Shown piece by piece: positions 24,265 through 36,928 of a stretch of DNA of 60,669 nt. Position 1 is the stretch's first letter. Every line of letters starts with the position of its first letter. The notes beneath the pieces are model-generated. The model worked only from the letters and a program-made list of their open reading frames with translations. It was not told the DNA's origin and made no database searches. This DNA comes from Octopus bimaculoides (taxonomy: Eukaryota): NCBI RefSeq assembly GCF_001194135.2, contig NC_068983.1, positions 103,090,299 to 103,150,967 on the forward strand, given 5' to 3'. Made by a program: the position numbers and the translations under genes.

Positions 24265-24571
24265 TTTAATATGAAATATATGTTTTGAACGGGTTGCCCC
24301 TGTCGGGCAATAACCGCCCCGAACTGATACGACTCCTTTCGTAGAGAGATAACCAGTTGTTTACGATGTTTGGGTGACCATTCTTTGAAAATAGGATTTC
24401 TTAAGACAAATTGTGTTTTTTCTTGCCATTCTAAATTGAGTACTTCTCGGACAGTACGGTTATAAAGGAGTCGATTCAGAACAAGTAGATCGCATTCTTC
24501 ATCTGCCAATACTGACGCCGTTCGTGTACAGTCACGTATCAATGCCACATCACCAAACACAAATCCTTCTT
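24265..24571 (-). CDS. CNBD2-like gene, internal exon (phosphate-binding cassette of CNB1 and start of CNB2)
   Basis: ttgtttttctgattcacag|AA GAA GGA...TTA AA|gtaagt; 307 nt; EGFVFGDVALIRDCTRTASVLADEECDLLVLNR...IARQGQPVQNIYFILK. Confidence 0.9.
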
Positions 24572-24639
24572 CTGTGAATCAGAAAAACAAAGACCGATGT
24601 TTATCCAATTAGATATCAGTGTACTTCAGCTAACTGTTA

Positions 24640-25536
24640 TAAGTGGTCTGACCAATAAGTATATAGACAGTAGCCATTGTAACGAAGCTAAAACATGCAG
24701 ATTGAAGCCACCTGGAACAGATTGACCTTGAATTCTGCTGTGCATGCGCACTACGTTTTAGCGTTCTAGCTCACTTCTGATGTTTACAGCAGTACTTGGA
24801 AGGAAGGTGTGTAGTATGTGATCGTCACATTGACCATAACAGAGAAAGTTGAGCAGAGAATCTACATAAAGTTTTGCCAAAAGCTTGGCAATACCTGATC
24901 AGAAGCCTACGCAAAGTTTTCAAAAAGTTTTCATCGTTCTCGACACAATCAAAGAGATGTTGAACAACTGAAACCCGAGTGTCTTTTTGGTCAGCTGAAA
25001 GCAGTTTTGACACAAACTTGGCAGACACGCGTCTCATACTTAAATCTTCAGTGATAATGAACTGAACTGAACCGTATCTAATTTGCACATTCTCTGATAA
25101 CTCACAGCTGATGATTCGACGATTTTCCCTCATAGCTGCACGCACATCTGCAATGTTTTTCTTAGTTCTGTTGGTTGCGGATCTCCCAGAACGTTCGTCA
25201 ATATCGATTTTTTTGGCAATCGTGGAAACGTCTGAACCACTCTTACACTTGTATGCGGCTCAGGCACTCCTCCCCATACACTTTCTGCAACTTTGCGAAG
25301 GCCTCTGAGCAGGTATCGCCATGACAACTTTCTCTGTCATGGTCAACGCGACGATCACACGCTACACACCTTCCTTCCAAGCATTGCTGTAAACATCGGA
25401 AGTGAGTTAGAACGTCGAAACTTAGTGCGCATGCACAGCAGAGTTCACGGTCAATCTGTGCCAGGCAGCTTCACTCTGCGCGCTTTAGCTTCGTTACTAT
25501 GGCAACAATCCGGATACTTATTGATCAAACCTCGTA
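24640..25536. mobile_element. Non-autonomous mariner derivative made of two inverted 5' ends
   Basis: TA flanks; both ends read TIR + 5'UTR + transposase N-terminus inward (left TEKVEQRIYIKFCQKLGNT*SEAYAK; right ...RENRRIISCELSENVQI...VSAKFVSKLL). Confidence 0.8.
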
Positions 25537-25621
25537 TACAATATAAAAGAAACGACAACAAAAATCTTTAAGACATAAATTAGTAACCAGCACACTATTT
25601 CTTTCAACAGAAACTCTCGAA

Positions 25622-25750
25622 GTCTTCGTCGTCGTCCTCCTCCTCCTCCTCCGCCTCATCGTCATCATCATCATCATCATCATCATCATCAATCATCCTT
25701 GTCGTGGCTTTCGTTGTCGTCAGCGGCAGCAGAATCATTGTCGTCGTCGC
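25622..25750. repeat. Compound trinucleotide microsatellite (GTC/TCC/CAT)
   Basis: Seen directly; it generates the poly-acidic ORF in the track. Confidence 0.85.
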
Positions 25751-26328
25751 CCATTGAAGAAAGAAGAATAAAGATAAGTAAGCCATTCTAGCAAACATAT
25801 CAAATCAGATGACTTTTGTTATCTACTGTATACATAGATAAATTATGTATACATAGACAAATTAAGAAATGGAGTTAAACGCAGGTGTTATTCAAATCTT
25901 TATACTTCCGACATATGTCTCGAAGAAAACATTGATATTATTCCGGAGGGAATAAAATGATGTAAAACAATGCAAACATTTCGTCAGGGAAAAAAAAAGA
26001 GAAACAAAACACATCAATAAACCATTTTAACCGAATGTGATTACCGCGTATATGATGAAGAGGAACACTGGCAAGTTATTTAAAAAAAAAAAACAGTTGA
26101 TAGATTTATCGTCAAAGGCAATTACACCACAGTATTAGATTTAAATCCTGTTGGCAGATTGACTTCGCTTCCCACCCCTCTGAAGTTTATAAAATAAGTA
26201 TCAGCAGTACAACTTATCTAACTCGTCCTCTACAAAATAAGTCTCGTGTCTTGCGAAAGAAAGATCATTATTTAATCAATTCTTCCATTCTCTGGTTAAA
26301 CAATGGATAATATATGATTTATCTATTA

Positions 26329-26369
<41 letters not shown>

Positions 26370-26719
26370 CACGCACACAACCACAATAATAGCTTAGGAG
26401 TGAAATTTAGGAGTTCTCGGTTTTCTGTGAATCGATTTTGATAAAACTTTTTCCCAGCTGGTTTGCACACTATGGCAACACCATTGTTATGTTTTCATTA
26501 TTCCGTGTAACATTCTTTCTTTTTTTATTTCAGATTCTTCCGTTTTGGGGTGAACCACGCTAATAGCTTTTAAATGAAAATAACCCATCTAGACAATTTT
26601 TTTCCCAGAAAATGAAGGGTAACGATACATGTTAAGCATACGTTGAGTATATATTTAACAGAAAACCAGAATAATGTTATAACATTTATCGACATAATGA
26701 ATTATTTAGCCACATGAGC

Positions 26720-27100
26720 GCAAAGAAAGAAACGATCCAAGACTGTGACAGCTAAGGATTTAAGGAATATTGACCGCAAGTTACGTGGGAAACCTAGACG
26801 AACAAGCAAAGCCATTTTCACCGCCTCCGGACTTCCTCATATAACGAAAACCACTAGAAATCGCATCCTCGGGACCATGGCTTCCGTGTGAGAACCCTTG
26901 AAACTGCCTCCTCACATGAGTTTAAGGTTTCAATGGGCCCAAAAGTACATGACGTTAGACATGAGTTGTGTTCTGTTCACTAATGAAACCAGGGCCACCC
27001 TTGACGAACCTGACGGCTAGGCAAATGGTTGGGTCTATTTTGGAGATGAGCGTCACCAACGTTTACGACGTCAACAACAGGGTAGAGGAGTCATGACAGT
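26720..27100 (+). pseudogene. Tc1-like transposase remnant
   Basis: RNIDRKLRGKPRRTSKAIF...WAQKYMTLDMSCVLFTNETRATLDEPDG*ANGW...RLRRQQQGRGVM. Confidence 0.7.
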
Positions 27101-27210
27101 TCCGTTTCAGATGATTGTAACAACGGTGAAAAAAATGTTAATGTTAATTTATTGATGTAGTCAACAAAATCCAAACCAAACAATGCGCAGACGCAAAATT
27201 AAAATTATAA

Positions 27211-27546
27211 ATGGCGACAATCTACCCATCGAACACTATCACCCCTCTACCCTGCCCCTCCAACGCACCATTCTCCGAGCCTTCCGGTGACTCCAGTCCG
27301 CCCCCCACCTCGCACATCTTCCCCAACCTACCCCTTCCCACCTTCAAACAAGCCCACAACCTGCGTGACCTCCTGGTCCACAGTTTCTTCCCTAACCCCA
27401 CCTCCAAACCTGGCTCGTTCCCCTGCTCCCGCTCACGCTGACGCACTTGCCCCTACCTCTCCAACTCCACCATCCTCACAGGCACCCATCACTGTCCCTA
27501 TCATATCACCGACTCTTTCATCTGCACTTCTAGCAACGTCATTTAC
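27211..27546 (+). mobile_element. Penelope-like element fragment (Cys linker before the GIY-YIG domain, Neptune-type)
   Basis: PLPTFKQAHNLRDLLVHS...FPCSRSR*RTCPY...ITDSFICTSSNVIY, running into a gap. Confidence 0.75.
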
Positions 27547-29102
27547 NNNNNNNNNNNNNNNNNNNNNNNNNNNNNNNNNNNNNNNNNNNNNNNNNNNNNN
27601 NNNNNNNNNNNNNNNNNNNNNNNNNNNNNNNNNNNNNNNNNNNNNNNNNNNNNNNNNNNNNNNNNNNNNNNNNNNNNNNNNNNNNNNNNNNNNNNNNNNN
27701 NNNNNNNNNNNNNNNNNNNNNNNNNNNNNNNNNNNNNNNNNNNNNNNNNNNNNNNNNNNNNNNNNNNNNNNNNNNNNNNNNNNNNNNNNNNNNNNNNNNN
27801 NNNNNNNNNNNNNNNNNNNNNNNNNNNNNNNNNNNNNNNNNNNNNNNNNNNNNNNNNNNNNNNNNNNNNNNNNNNNNNNNNNNNNNNNNNNNNNNNNNNN
27901 NNNNNNNNNNNNNNNNNNNNNNNNNNNNNNNNNNNNNNNNNNNNNNNNNNNNNNNNNNNNNNNNNNNNNNNNNNNNNNNNNNNNNNNNNNNNNNNNNNNN
28001 NNNNNNNNNNNNNNNNNNNNNNNNNNNNNNNNNNNNNNNNNNNNNNNNNNNNNNNNNNNNNNNNNNNNNNNNNNNNNNNNNNNNNNNNNNNNNNNNNNNN
28101 NNNNNNNNNNNNNNNNNNNNNNNNNNNNNNNNNNNNNNNNNNNNNNNNNNNNNNNNNNNNNNNNNNNNNNNNNNNNNNNNNNNNNNNNNNNNNNNNNNNN
28201 NNNNNNNNNNNNNNNNNNNNNNNNNNNNNNNNNNNNNNNNNNNNNNNNNNNNNNNNNNNNNNNNNNNNNNNNNNNNNNNNNNNNNNNNNNNNNNNNNNNN
28301 NNNNNNNNNNNNNNNNNNNNNNNNNNNNNNCACACCCTACCATACCCCACACCACCACACCGCACCACACCACTCCACTCCCACTAGTAATGAACACTTC
28401 CCAGCACCCACACTACATACCATCATCCGCACACCCACACACCATCATCCGCACACTCATGCACCATCATCCACACACACACACACACACACATCCACAC
28501 ACACACACACACACATCCACACACGTCAAAGTCACTAGCCGCTATCCACACACACACACCAGTCGGTGGAAAAATTGTTTTACATGAAATCTGTCAGTGG
28601 AAAAAAAAAAAGAAGTTTGGGAACTGCCGTCATATGATCACTTCAGTTATAAGAAAGTTATCGTGTTAAAATCCAACCTCACATACTTCCCACTCCTGTT
28701 TTGTTATTTATTACTCTACGCACTTCTCATTTAAATTATTTATTGCATTATATCATAACGAATACATATTTGATCCTGTCGTTTTACGAATATAAAACAT
28801 GATGAACATGGCAATACAAGCATAAAGTTGTAACCTGCAGTTTGAGTTGAGTTCATGTGGAAGTGATAGTTTATCCTTCCTTCGACACTTATGAGAAAGT
28901 AAAAGGAGAAAGTGACACACGACTTGGAAGTAAACTAGATTGAGGGGTAGAATGAAGGCAATGCACAAAGGAAAGTAGAAAGAGGGAGAAAGTAAACAAA
29001 GGTAGAAAATGAAATAAATGAAAACAGAAATAAAGAGAAGAGCTAAATAGAAAAACGACAAAGGGGCAATTGTTTAATTGACAAAGACTGGATGCTTTAA
29101 TT

Positions 29103-29400
29103 CAGCGATTTTCAAACTTTTTGACTTGCGGACCCCTTTATATTTCAGGCTTTACCTTAGGGACCCCCTTATAAACGCTTATGAAATTTATACATAAATA
29201 TTTCCTTAAAATATCATATATTTTTACATTTATTTATTTAACAGTATTTAACAAATAGGTTTATTGTCAATTAAAGGATTTCGATTAAAAAACATATATA
29301 AAATCAAATTGCCCATAAAAAGTATTTGCTGTCCACGGTCCCCCCTGTCTTGTCCTTGCGGACCCCCTGTGGTCCGGGGACCACAGTTTGAAAACCCCTG
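29103..29400 (+). mobile_element. hAT MITE, 298 bp
   Basis: TIR cagcgattttcaaact / agtttgaaaacccctg; perfect 8-bp TSD ctttaatt. Confidence 0.9.
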
Positions 29401-29529
29401 CTTTAATTGACCCTAAATTAATGACCTACGACAAAAATGCATTTCTTTTTTTTTGTCAGATGAAAAAAATGCAGGTAGACGATATAAGCTGAATCACTTG
29501 TCTTAGCTAAAGTTTATGGCAGACTCTCA

Positions 29530-29800
29530 TAATTATCTTGTCGTGTCTTAGGAGGGTCATTACGCCAATAACAATAACACACGCACTGATTTAATAGTAC
29601 TTCTTTACTGTTAGTCAATTAGTTAATTATCTAACCAACTAACTAATCGATCGTGTGATTAATGTGCTGGCTAAACTATCAATCAGTTGTTTGTTAGTCA
29701 AATGCTCTTCCGTCGCTATTCGCGACTTCTCTGAGTATTAGAGAAAGCCTTGGAGCAAAAGAGCAAGTCACTGAGACGGTCGCGAATAGCGACTAAAGGA
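29530..29800. repeat. Partial copy of foldback family F
   Basis: Shares ttatgcc..aataaacac.cg.actg...ctaaccaactaactaat...aatcagttg with 51870-52255. Confidence 0.5.
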
Positions 29801-29868
29801 CTTGCTTTCAGTTGTGTTTTCTGCTCTGTAAACTTTTTTTTTGTTTCCACGTAATACACTCATTTCCA

Positions 29869-30035
29869 CGATAACTCAATTCCGCGACGACTCAATTAAA
29901 CGACAGCTCAAATCCGCGAAGACTCGCTTCCGCAACGACTCATTTCCGCAACGACTCATTTCTGCAACAACTCAATTCCGCGACGACTCACTTCTGCGAC
30001 AGTTCATTTCCGCGCCGACTCATTCCGCGAAGACA
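29869..30035. repeat. 16-bp minisatellite (gactcaattccgcgac), about 10 units
   Basis: Seen directly as imperfect tandem units. Confidence 0.8.
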
Positions 30036-30957
30036 ACTAATCCATGTGCAAATATTTTTATAATGTTCTATATTTAAAAATTTTTTTTTTTTTAGTATAT
30101 TTCTCTCTAGCCACTTGTTCACTTTTCATGCACACGGGTTGTACACTCCTTTCGATTACATGTTTTTTTTCTTTTCTCGCTACATGTAAATATTTGTAAT
30201 GTTTCGCAGATCCGTTAAACTTTACTGTACTATTCAACGTTCATAGGCACATGCTCGCGTGCCTGCACCCAGCTACATACACGTACCTCAGTATTGTGCC
30301 TTAAATGCCTTGTTTCATCATGTCTGTACCTGCTCAGCACCTTTACCTGACTCTTCACATGCCGGATGTCTCATCATGCTCTCTGCGCCTTTTTTTTTCA
30401 GACACAATTTGCCTCTGTAAAGACTACAGGTTGGTCATGGTATACAAAGAGAAAGTTTGCCTGTCTCTCTCAACGCGCCACCATGCCATGCTTCATCGTT
30501 CTTGCTTAACCACAGCAAATGCCCACGACCACAGCCCCAGACTCATTTCGCCCCCGCACTTCTTTCAAGACATTTCTCACTGCATGCACACCTGCCTGAA
30601 AACTTTCACCTCATATCATGGATTGAGAATGCATTCATTCACTCGCCTCAGCTCCTTTCGCAGCTGCACAATTCTGTTGCTCATGTATATGCAACTCATG
30701 CGCACGCTCACTCAACGCTGCCCCAGTGATGTACTGACTCCACTATTCGCATGTAAAGCAACACTGAACTATTCGGATTCACTCGAATAGGCGCCTATCC
30801 TGAATACAAACCGCATGATTCTCTCTCCTGATATATACGATTTTTCTCGGCTTTGCATCACATTCATCTGCAACAAAATGCTTCATACTTTTCACAATTT
30901 TTAACGTTGTATTCGCATTTTTTGCACAGTGTACAGTCCTACAATTGTTTTCATTTG

Positions 30958-31268
30958 TTGTTGTTGGCACTCCGTCACTTACGACGTCGAGGGTTCCAGT
31001 TGATCCGATCAACGGAACAGCCTGCTCGTGAAATTAACGTGCAAGTGGCTGAGCACTCCACAGACACGTGTACCCTTAACGTAGTTCTCGGGAGATATTC
31101 AGCGTGACACAGTGTGACAAGGCTGACCCTTTGAATTACAGGCACTAAAGAAACAGGAAGTAAGAGTGAGAGAAAGTTGTGGTGAAAGAGTACAGCAGGG
31201 TTCGCCACCATCCCCTGCCGGAGCCTCGTGGAGCTTTTAGGTGTTTTCGCTCAATAAACACTCACAAC
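30958..31268 (-). mobile_element. tRNA-derived SINE (family A), head lost in a gap
   Basis: Near-identical to 41592-41984; (CAA)n tail. Confidence 0.9.
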
Positions 31269-31809
31269 NNNNNNNNNNNNNNNNNNNNNNNNNNNNNNNN
31301 NNNNNNNNNNNNNNNNNNNNNNNNNNNNNNNNNNNNNNNNNNNNNNNNNNNNNNNNNNNNNNTTGTACCATTACACATGCACTCCAGTCTCGCACACGTC
31401 CTGTATATTTCTAAACATGCACTCTCTTGGCCTTTTCTACACGCATTTTCCTTTAACTCTCTTTCCCTAGATCGTCCGTTTTCTTTTCTTTTCTTTTCTT
31501 TTTTTTCTTAGAAATTTTCTACGGAGAGTAAAGTAGTGCAGCTGAAGGTTCGAAAACGAATCTACACACCTGTTGCTTGTCAGAAGAATGTCTGATGCTT
31601 CGTGTTTTATCTCTATGCTAGGAGATTAATGAGAAACACCTGACATCCGAAGACGTTCGGTAGTCGAGGAAAGGTCAATCAATTGTTTTAGGTTTGGCCT
31701 ACTTCTTGGCCGAACTTTATATAACCGATTGAAGGATTTGCTTCTCTCTGGATTTCAACCGACTAACTGAGAATATGGAATTTCTGTCTGTCTGTCTGTC
31801 TGTTTGCCC

Positions 31810-31859
<50 letters not shown>

Positions 31860-33008
31860 TTCTCACTCTGTTTCTCTGTCTGTATGTGTGTCTCTTTATC
31901 TTCAGTTTTCATCCGGTTAACCGAAAGCATCGGCCGAATGGAAAGGGACAACGCAATTCTTATCCATTTTTCCTCGCTGTCAGCAGACCGTTAACTTGGC
32001 TTCCACACACAGCTTTCAACACCCACTAAGAGCACGTGAGCAACAACATTGATTGTCACCAAAACTACTACGGCTATGTTTGTTATACTGACTATTTCTA
32101 CAGGCAAATAAAATCTGTGAATATTATTCTTTTCTCTTCGATGTTGCTATTACGCTGTCTCATCCTACTTTCGACCATCTACATATAGTGACCCCGACGC
32201 AGAACAAGAATTTCCATTTCTACATCAAGTAACTTTTCATCTGTACGCTACAATTAGTAAATCCGACGTAAGAACCACATACGCCCGTTACATATTCTTT
32301 CTGTTCTTTAATGTCAATAAAGTTGTTATAATGGATTTTAATCACTTTATTTTCTTTGGCTTAGAGTTTTTAGAAATAATTGTCCTTGCCCGTCCAGAGA
32401 TATCTAGTTTATGTGCAATCCAGCCCCCAGAACCAAACGAGTTTGACACCCCTAACTTTAACGGTTTCTTTTTTCTAATATGTTTCCCACTTTTCTTCCA
32501 CTTTTTTACATTCGCAAACGTTCATATTGATGTGCACATGCGCATACTGATACACATCCCCGTGTTTAGGATATTACTCATCCATCGTCTACATTTTGTT
32601 TTACTACTCTGTGCTCTGACCTCCTATTAACCCTATTTACACTTGATTATTTTCCTCTCTACTAATTCTTCTCTCAAATCTATTTCCTCATCCACATAAA
32701 CTTCAAAATTACTCTCTCAGTACTACTACAGCCATTAAAACAAATCCTCTATTCACCGAAAAGTATTACTCAAAACGTCAGTCTATTTGTCTACAATGAT
32801 TTATTGCATTTGAGTAAAAGTAAACATTAATCTCATTATCACACATCAATGAGGCCTTTAAAAGTTTATTGGCATTCCCCGTTGGACTCCAGACTAACAG
32901 ATAAAATATGCTGCAAATAGATATCTATAATTCTTTGTCGGCGTTACAGACATTAACACAGATTCAAAACCTTAAATATCCAAAAATAAAGAGCATAATA
33001 AAACTTAC

Positions 33009-33148
33009 GCTGGGAAAAAATATGTTGTCCGAAAAGATTTCTTTCTGGCTTGGGTTTTGAACAAACTCGATCAAGATATTGGCAAACGTTTTCTTCCATT
33101 TCTGGTAGTATATAAATAGATACTGACCCTTTGAGTGTTGCATACATT
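33009..33148 (-). CDS. CNBD2-like gene, internal exon (CNB1 beta-barrel)
   Basis: tttttttattctag|A ATG TAT...CAG C|gtaagt; 140 nt; MYATLKGSVSIYILPEMEE...LFGQHIFSQ; in phase with both neighbours. Confidence 0.88.
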
Positions 33149-35051
33149 CTAGAATAAAAAAAGAATATAATGTGAAAGAAATGTATTTGTTGATAATTGT
33201 CTACCATCATACAAAAAATAGAGAAACTTTATCAACTCGGAATATTTAGACATAGAAAGTATACGACAAATTAATTAACATTTAGAACTACTTTTTCAAA
33301 AGTGATAAAATACCGACGTGTCAGGTAATGCCCTCGAGGGTTCTTGGCTGTTTCAACGTCTTAACCTCGCCACCGCCCATAGTTATGTCGCAAGTGTGTT
33401 GGTTTGTTTCGGTAGGTTCCGTTGAACCTTGTGGTGTACGACCAATTGAGGCACTTAGTGTTGAATTGATGTTATTTTTTCTTTCTTCTTTTTTTTCCTT
33501 TATTTCTCCTTTTTCTCTCCCATGTTTGTGTTTTCTTCGGTTTTAGATTTGTATTTTAATGTGGGTTTCTATTGTATATGTGCCATATAAAATAACAAAA
33601 TAGAGAAATTTCGTTTTGGGATTGGCACAATGACCCTCCTAAGATAAAGGAACAACAAAGGAACAATTATCGTTAATAAATATATAGATTTTTTTTTAAA
33701 TGCTAACATTATTGGAGTATTTTGACCAAATGCAACCCTTAGCTAGATGAAAGAGGCCATGATATTCATGCTTTTCTCAGTATTTGAAATTAAATAGCTT
33801 GAACAGAGCGTTCACTGACTGCTGTATAAAACTAGTTTTATATTTTTGACTTAGTATAAAGGCCGTATGTTTTAGAAGATGGAGAATGAGATGGGAACTA
33901 GCAACGTTCATATAATTTCCAAATCCATCAACGGGATAAGTGATGTGAAATGGCTCATTTCAGAGATTAAAGCATTGTTAAAAAACCACCTCGTTGTTAA
34001 AAACCACCTCGAGATCACACCTCATGCTTTACGACACTAATATTGATTCTTTAGACAAGCAAGATAAGTTTTTTTTTTTGTTGTTGTTAAAACGAGATAT
34101 TTTCGAGTTACCTCACTGGTATATTTTTAACACCGAGAATAATGAACAACAAAGTTAACCGCAGCTATTTTACTGCACTGTGCTAACTTCCAGTAGAGAT
34201 CAGACTTAACTCAGGTGCTGTGATGCAATTATTTTCCACTCGTTGGTTACAGTATTCGTCACGATTTTTATTAATGAAATATCGAGCAAAAACAACTAGA
34301 ATAAATACCAGAAGTTGTGTCTGTATCACGAATTATATATATATCAGTTTACTAGAGTCTATTGTACCTTCAATCATTTTATGTTGCGTAGCTGGGCAAT
34401 TAAAACTCAATTGGTTTTCAGTTTACTTTAGCTAATAAATAGAAACCAATTCTTAAGAAACTTAACCTGTGGTAGTCTAATATGTCATCCAGGTACTGTG
34501 GAGCAATTTTTCTACATCAAACCATTAGCTTCTTTTATTCTCACCTGCTTCATTCTCCGAGTTTGTGGGACGAGGGAATACTTAAATATATGCTTAGAAA
34601 CAAGATATAAAGTCAGAACACTTCAACACAGATATTAAACAGATTATCCACTCACTACTGAGATTTCACATATGAGTGAGAAATTTGAAAAAAATAAATA
34701 AGCATCAAGTAGGACAATGTCGTGAAAATCGAGATAAATTGCTGATATAATTTGGTGGGTTACCCAGAAACTAAATGTGTTATAACCTTGATGCTTGATA
34801 TCAAAGCAAGGATTTCAGCACTACTGGTGAGAAACCTGGTAATTAATTCCAAATGAAAACATTAATGATGTATAGTGTCTTTTCCTGGCGTCAAGTTGAG
34901 TGCCTTTTTGTAGTTTTTTTCTCAAATATATGTGTGTATGCAGTATGTATGTATGTATGTATGTATGTATAAAATGTAACTATTTGAGTTACCCTTTTAT
35001 TTTTGTTGATTTTGAAGTAAAATATTTTCTTTGATAAACAGTGTTTTAGAT

Positions 35052-35329
35052 CAGGGGTTTTCAAACTTTTTGACTTGCGGATCCCTTTATATTTCAGGCT
35101 TTACCTTAGGGACCCCCTTATAAACGCTTATGAAATTTATACATAAATATTTGCTTAAAATAACATATATTTTTGCATTTATTTATTTAACAGTATTTAA
35201 CAAATAGGTTTATTGTCAATTAAAAGATTTCGATAAAAAACATATATAAAATCAAATTGCCCATAAAAAGTATTTGCTGTCTACGGACCCCCTGTCTTGT
35301 CCTTGCGGACCACAGTTTGAAAACCCCTG
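35052..35329 (+). mobile_element. hAT MITE, 278 bp (same family as 29103)
   Basis: TIR caggggttttcaaact / agtttgaaaacccctg; perfect 8-bp TSD ttttagat. Confidence 0.9.
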
Positions 35330-36126
35330 TTTTAGATGATGAAAAGATAGTTTGATCTCGGTCTGTTGCTGGTTGCTGACTTTTATCGACTTCGCGAAGT
35401 AAAGAAAAATAAAATCGACTTCAACATAGATTTGAAGTAGGAACTATGAGGCATTGGAACTAGATACTAAAGCCATCTCCATTCAACTATCTATTGTCTG
35501 TCAATATTGATGGTTCTTTTGTGACATTGTATAATCCATTCGGTTGTACACAAGTCCAGTGTACTCCACATATACGAATAAAAAGAACAAATGCTTTTAT
35601 TTTAGACCCACGATAATAAGAGTTATTTTAGACTCAAGAATCCACCTATCTAGAAAGTAATTCTGTGACCGGAAGTAAATCTTTATGACTGATGATGTGG
35701 AAGATCAATTGAGATGTGTTGTACTGAATGCTATGCGCAAAAAATTTCTCGATTGAAAGGTCTTTCTTAGAGAAAGGAACAGATCTAGTACCAGAAGTTA
35801 TTGCTGTTTTGCCCCAGATCAGAGCCGATTGAACAAACATAACCAAAAATGCTCAAGACATGGCCATTCCGACACCCTGCTCCCTCAGGTATTACATATT
35901 CAGGACCTCACCTCAGTAGCCTCCAATAATTGATCCTATCTTTTTCCAGACAGTATTCTTTTATTCTTTTGTTTCAGTCTTTGCAGTTATGCTGGAATAA
36001 TGCTTTCATTTAACTCTAAGATTGCATCTCACCTGAACGGTGTAATTTGAGACAGACATGGTGGCTATTTCTGGAACAACCAACGAGAAATTTTTTTTAA
36101 TTTTTAATTCATTTAAAAGAAAATGT

Positions 36127-36928
36127 TCTTTTCTACTCTAGGCACAAGGCTTGAAATTTTGGGGGAGTGGGTCAGTCGATTAGATCAACCTCAGTATGCA
36201 GCTGGTACTTAATTTATCGACCCCGAAAGGGTGAAAGGCAAAGTCGAACTCGTGCTAACGTTTCTTATTTCTTTTCTGCCCACAAGGGGCTAAACATAGA
36301 GGGGACAAACAAGGACAGACAAAGGGATTAATTCGATTACATCGACCCAAGTGCGTAACTGGTACTTAATTTATCGACCCCGAAAAGATCAAAGGCAAAG
36401 TCGACCTCGGTGGAATTTGAACTCAGAATGTCACGGCAGACGAAATAACGCTAAGCATTTCGCCCGGCGTGCTAACGTTTCTGCCAGCTCGCTGCCTTTT
36501 TAAAAGTATATATTCTTTTCTACTCTAGGCACAAGGCCCGAAATTTTTACTAAAGGGGCCAGTCGATTAGATCGACTCCAGTACGCAACTGGTGCTTAAT
36601 TTATCGACCCCAAAGGAATGAAAGGTAAAATCGAACTCAGCGGAATTGAACTCCGAACGTAAAAGCAGACGAAATACCGCTAAGCATTTCGCCCAGCTTG
36701 CTAACGTTTCTGCCAGCTCACCACCTCTTTAAGAGGAAATATTCTTTTCTACTCTAAGCACAAGGCCTGAAATTTTGGGGGAGGGGGCCAGTCGATTAGA
36801 TCGACCCAGTATGCAACTGGTACTTAATTTATCGACCCCGAAAGGATAAAAGGTAAAGTCGACCTCGACGGAATGTGAACTCAGAACATAAAGACAGACG
36901 AAATACCACTAAGCATTTCGCCCGGCGT
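36127..36928 (-). mobile_element. Head-to-tail array of four family B (MetaSINE-like) units
   Basis: Four repeats of ctggtacttaatttatcgaccccgaaagg..aaaggcaaagtcga; one unit has the alternative gggc...aagaaataagaa tail; the array runs into a gap. Confidence 0.9.

Noticed and set aside
25604-25798. Poly-Asp/Glu ORF inside the gene
   Set aside because: Explained by a trinucleotide microsatellite; no usable donor or phase fit.
30300-30950. 161-aa and 90-aa ORFs
   Set aside because: No convincing domain; at most a decayed Penelope-like tail.
35646-35890. ORF-like stretch with splice-like signals
   Set aside because: Stops or no recognisable protein on either strand; the flanking CNBD exons already join in phase without it.
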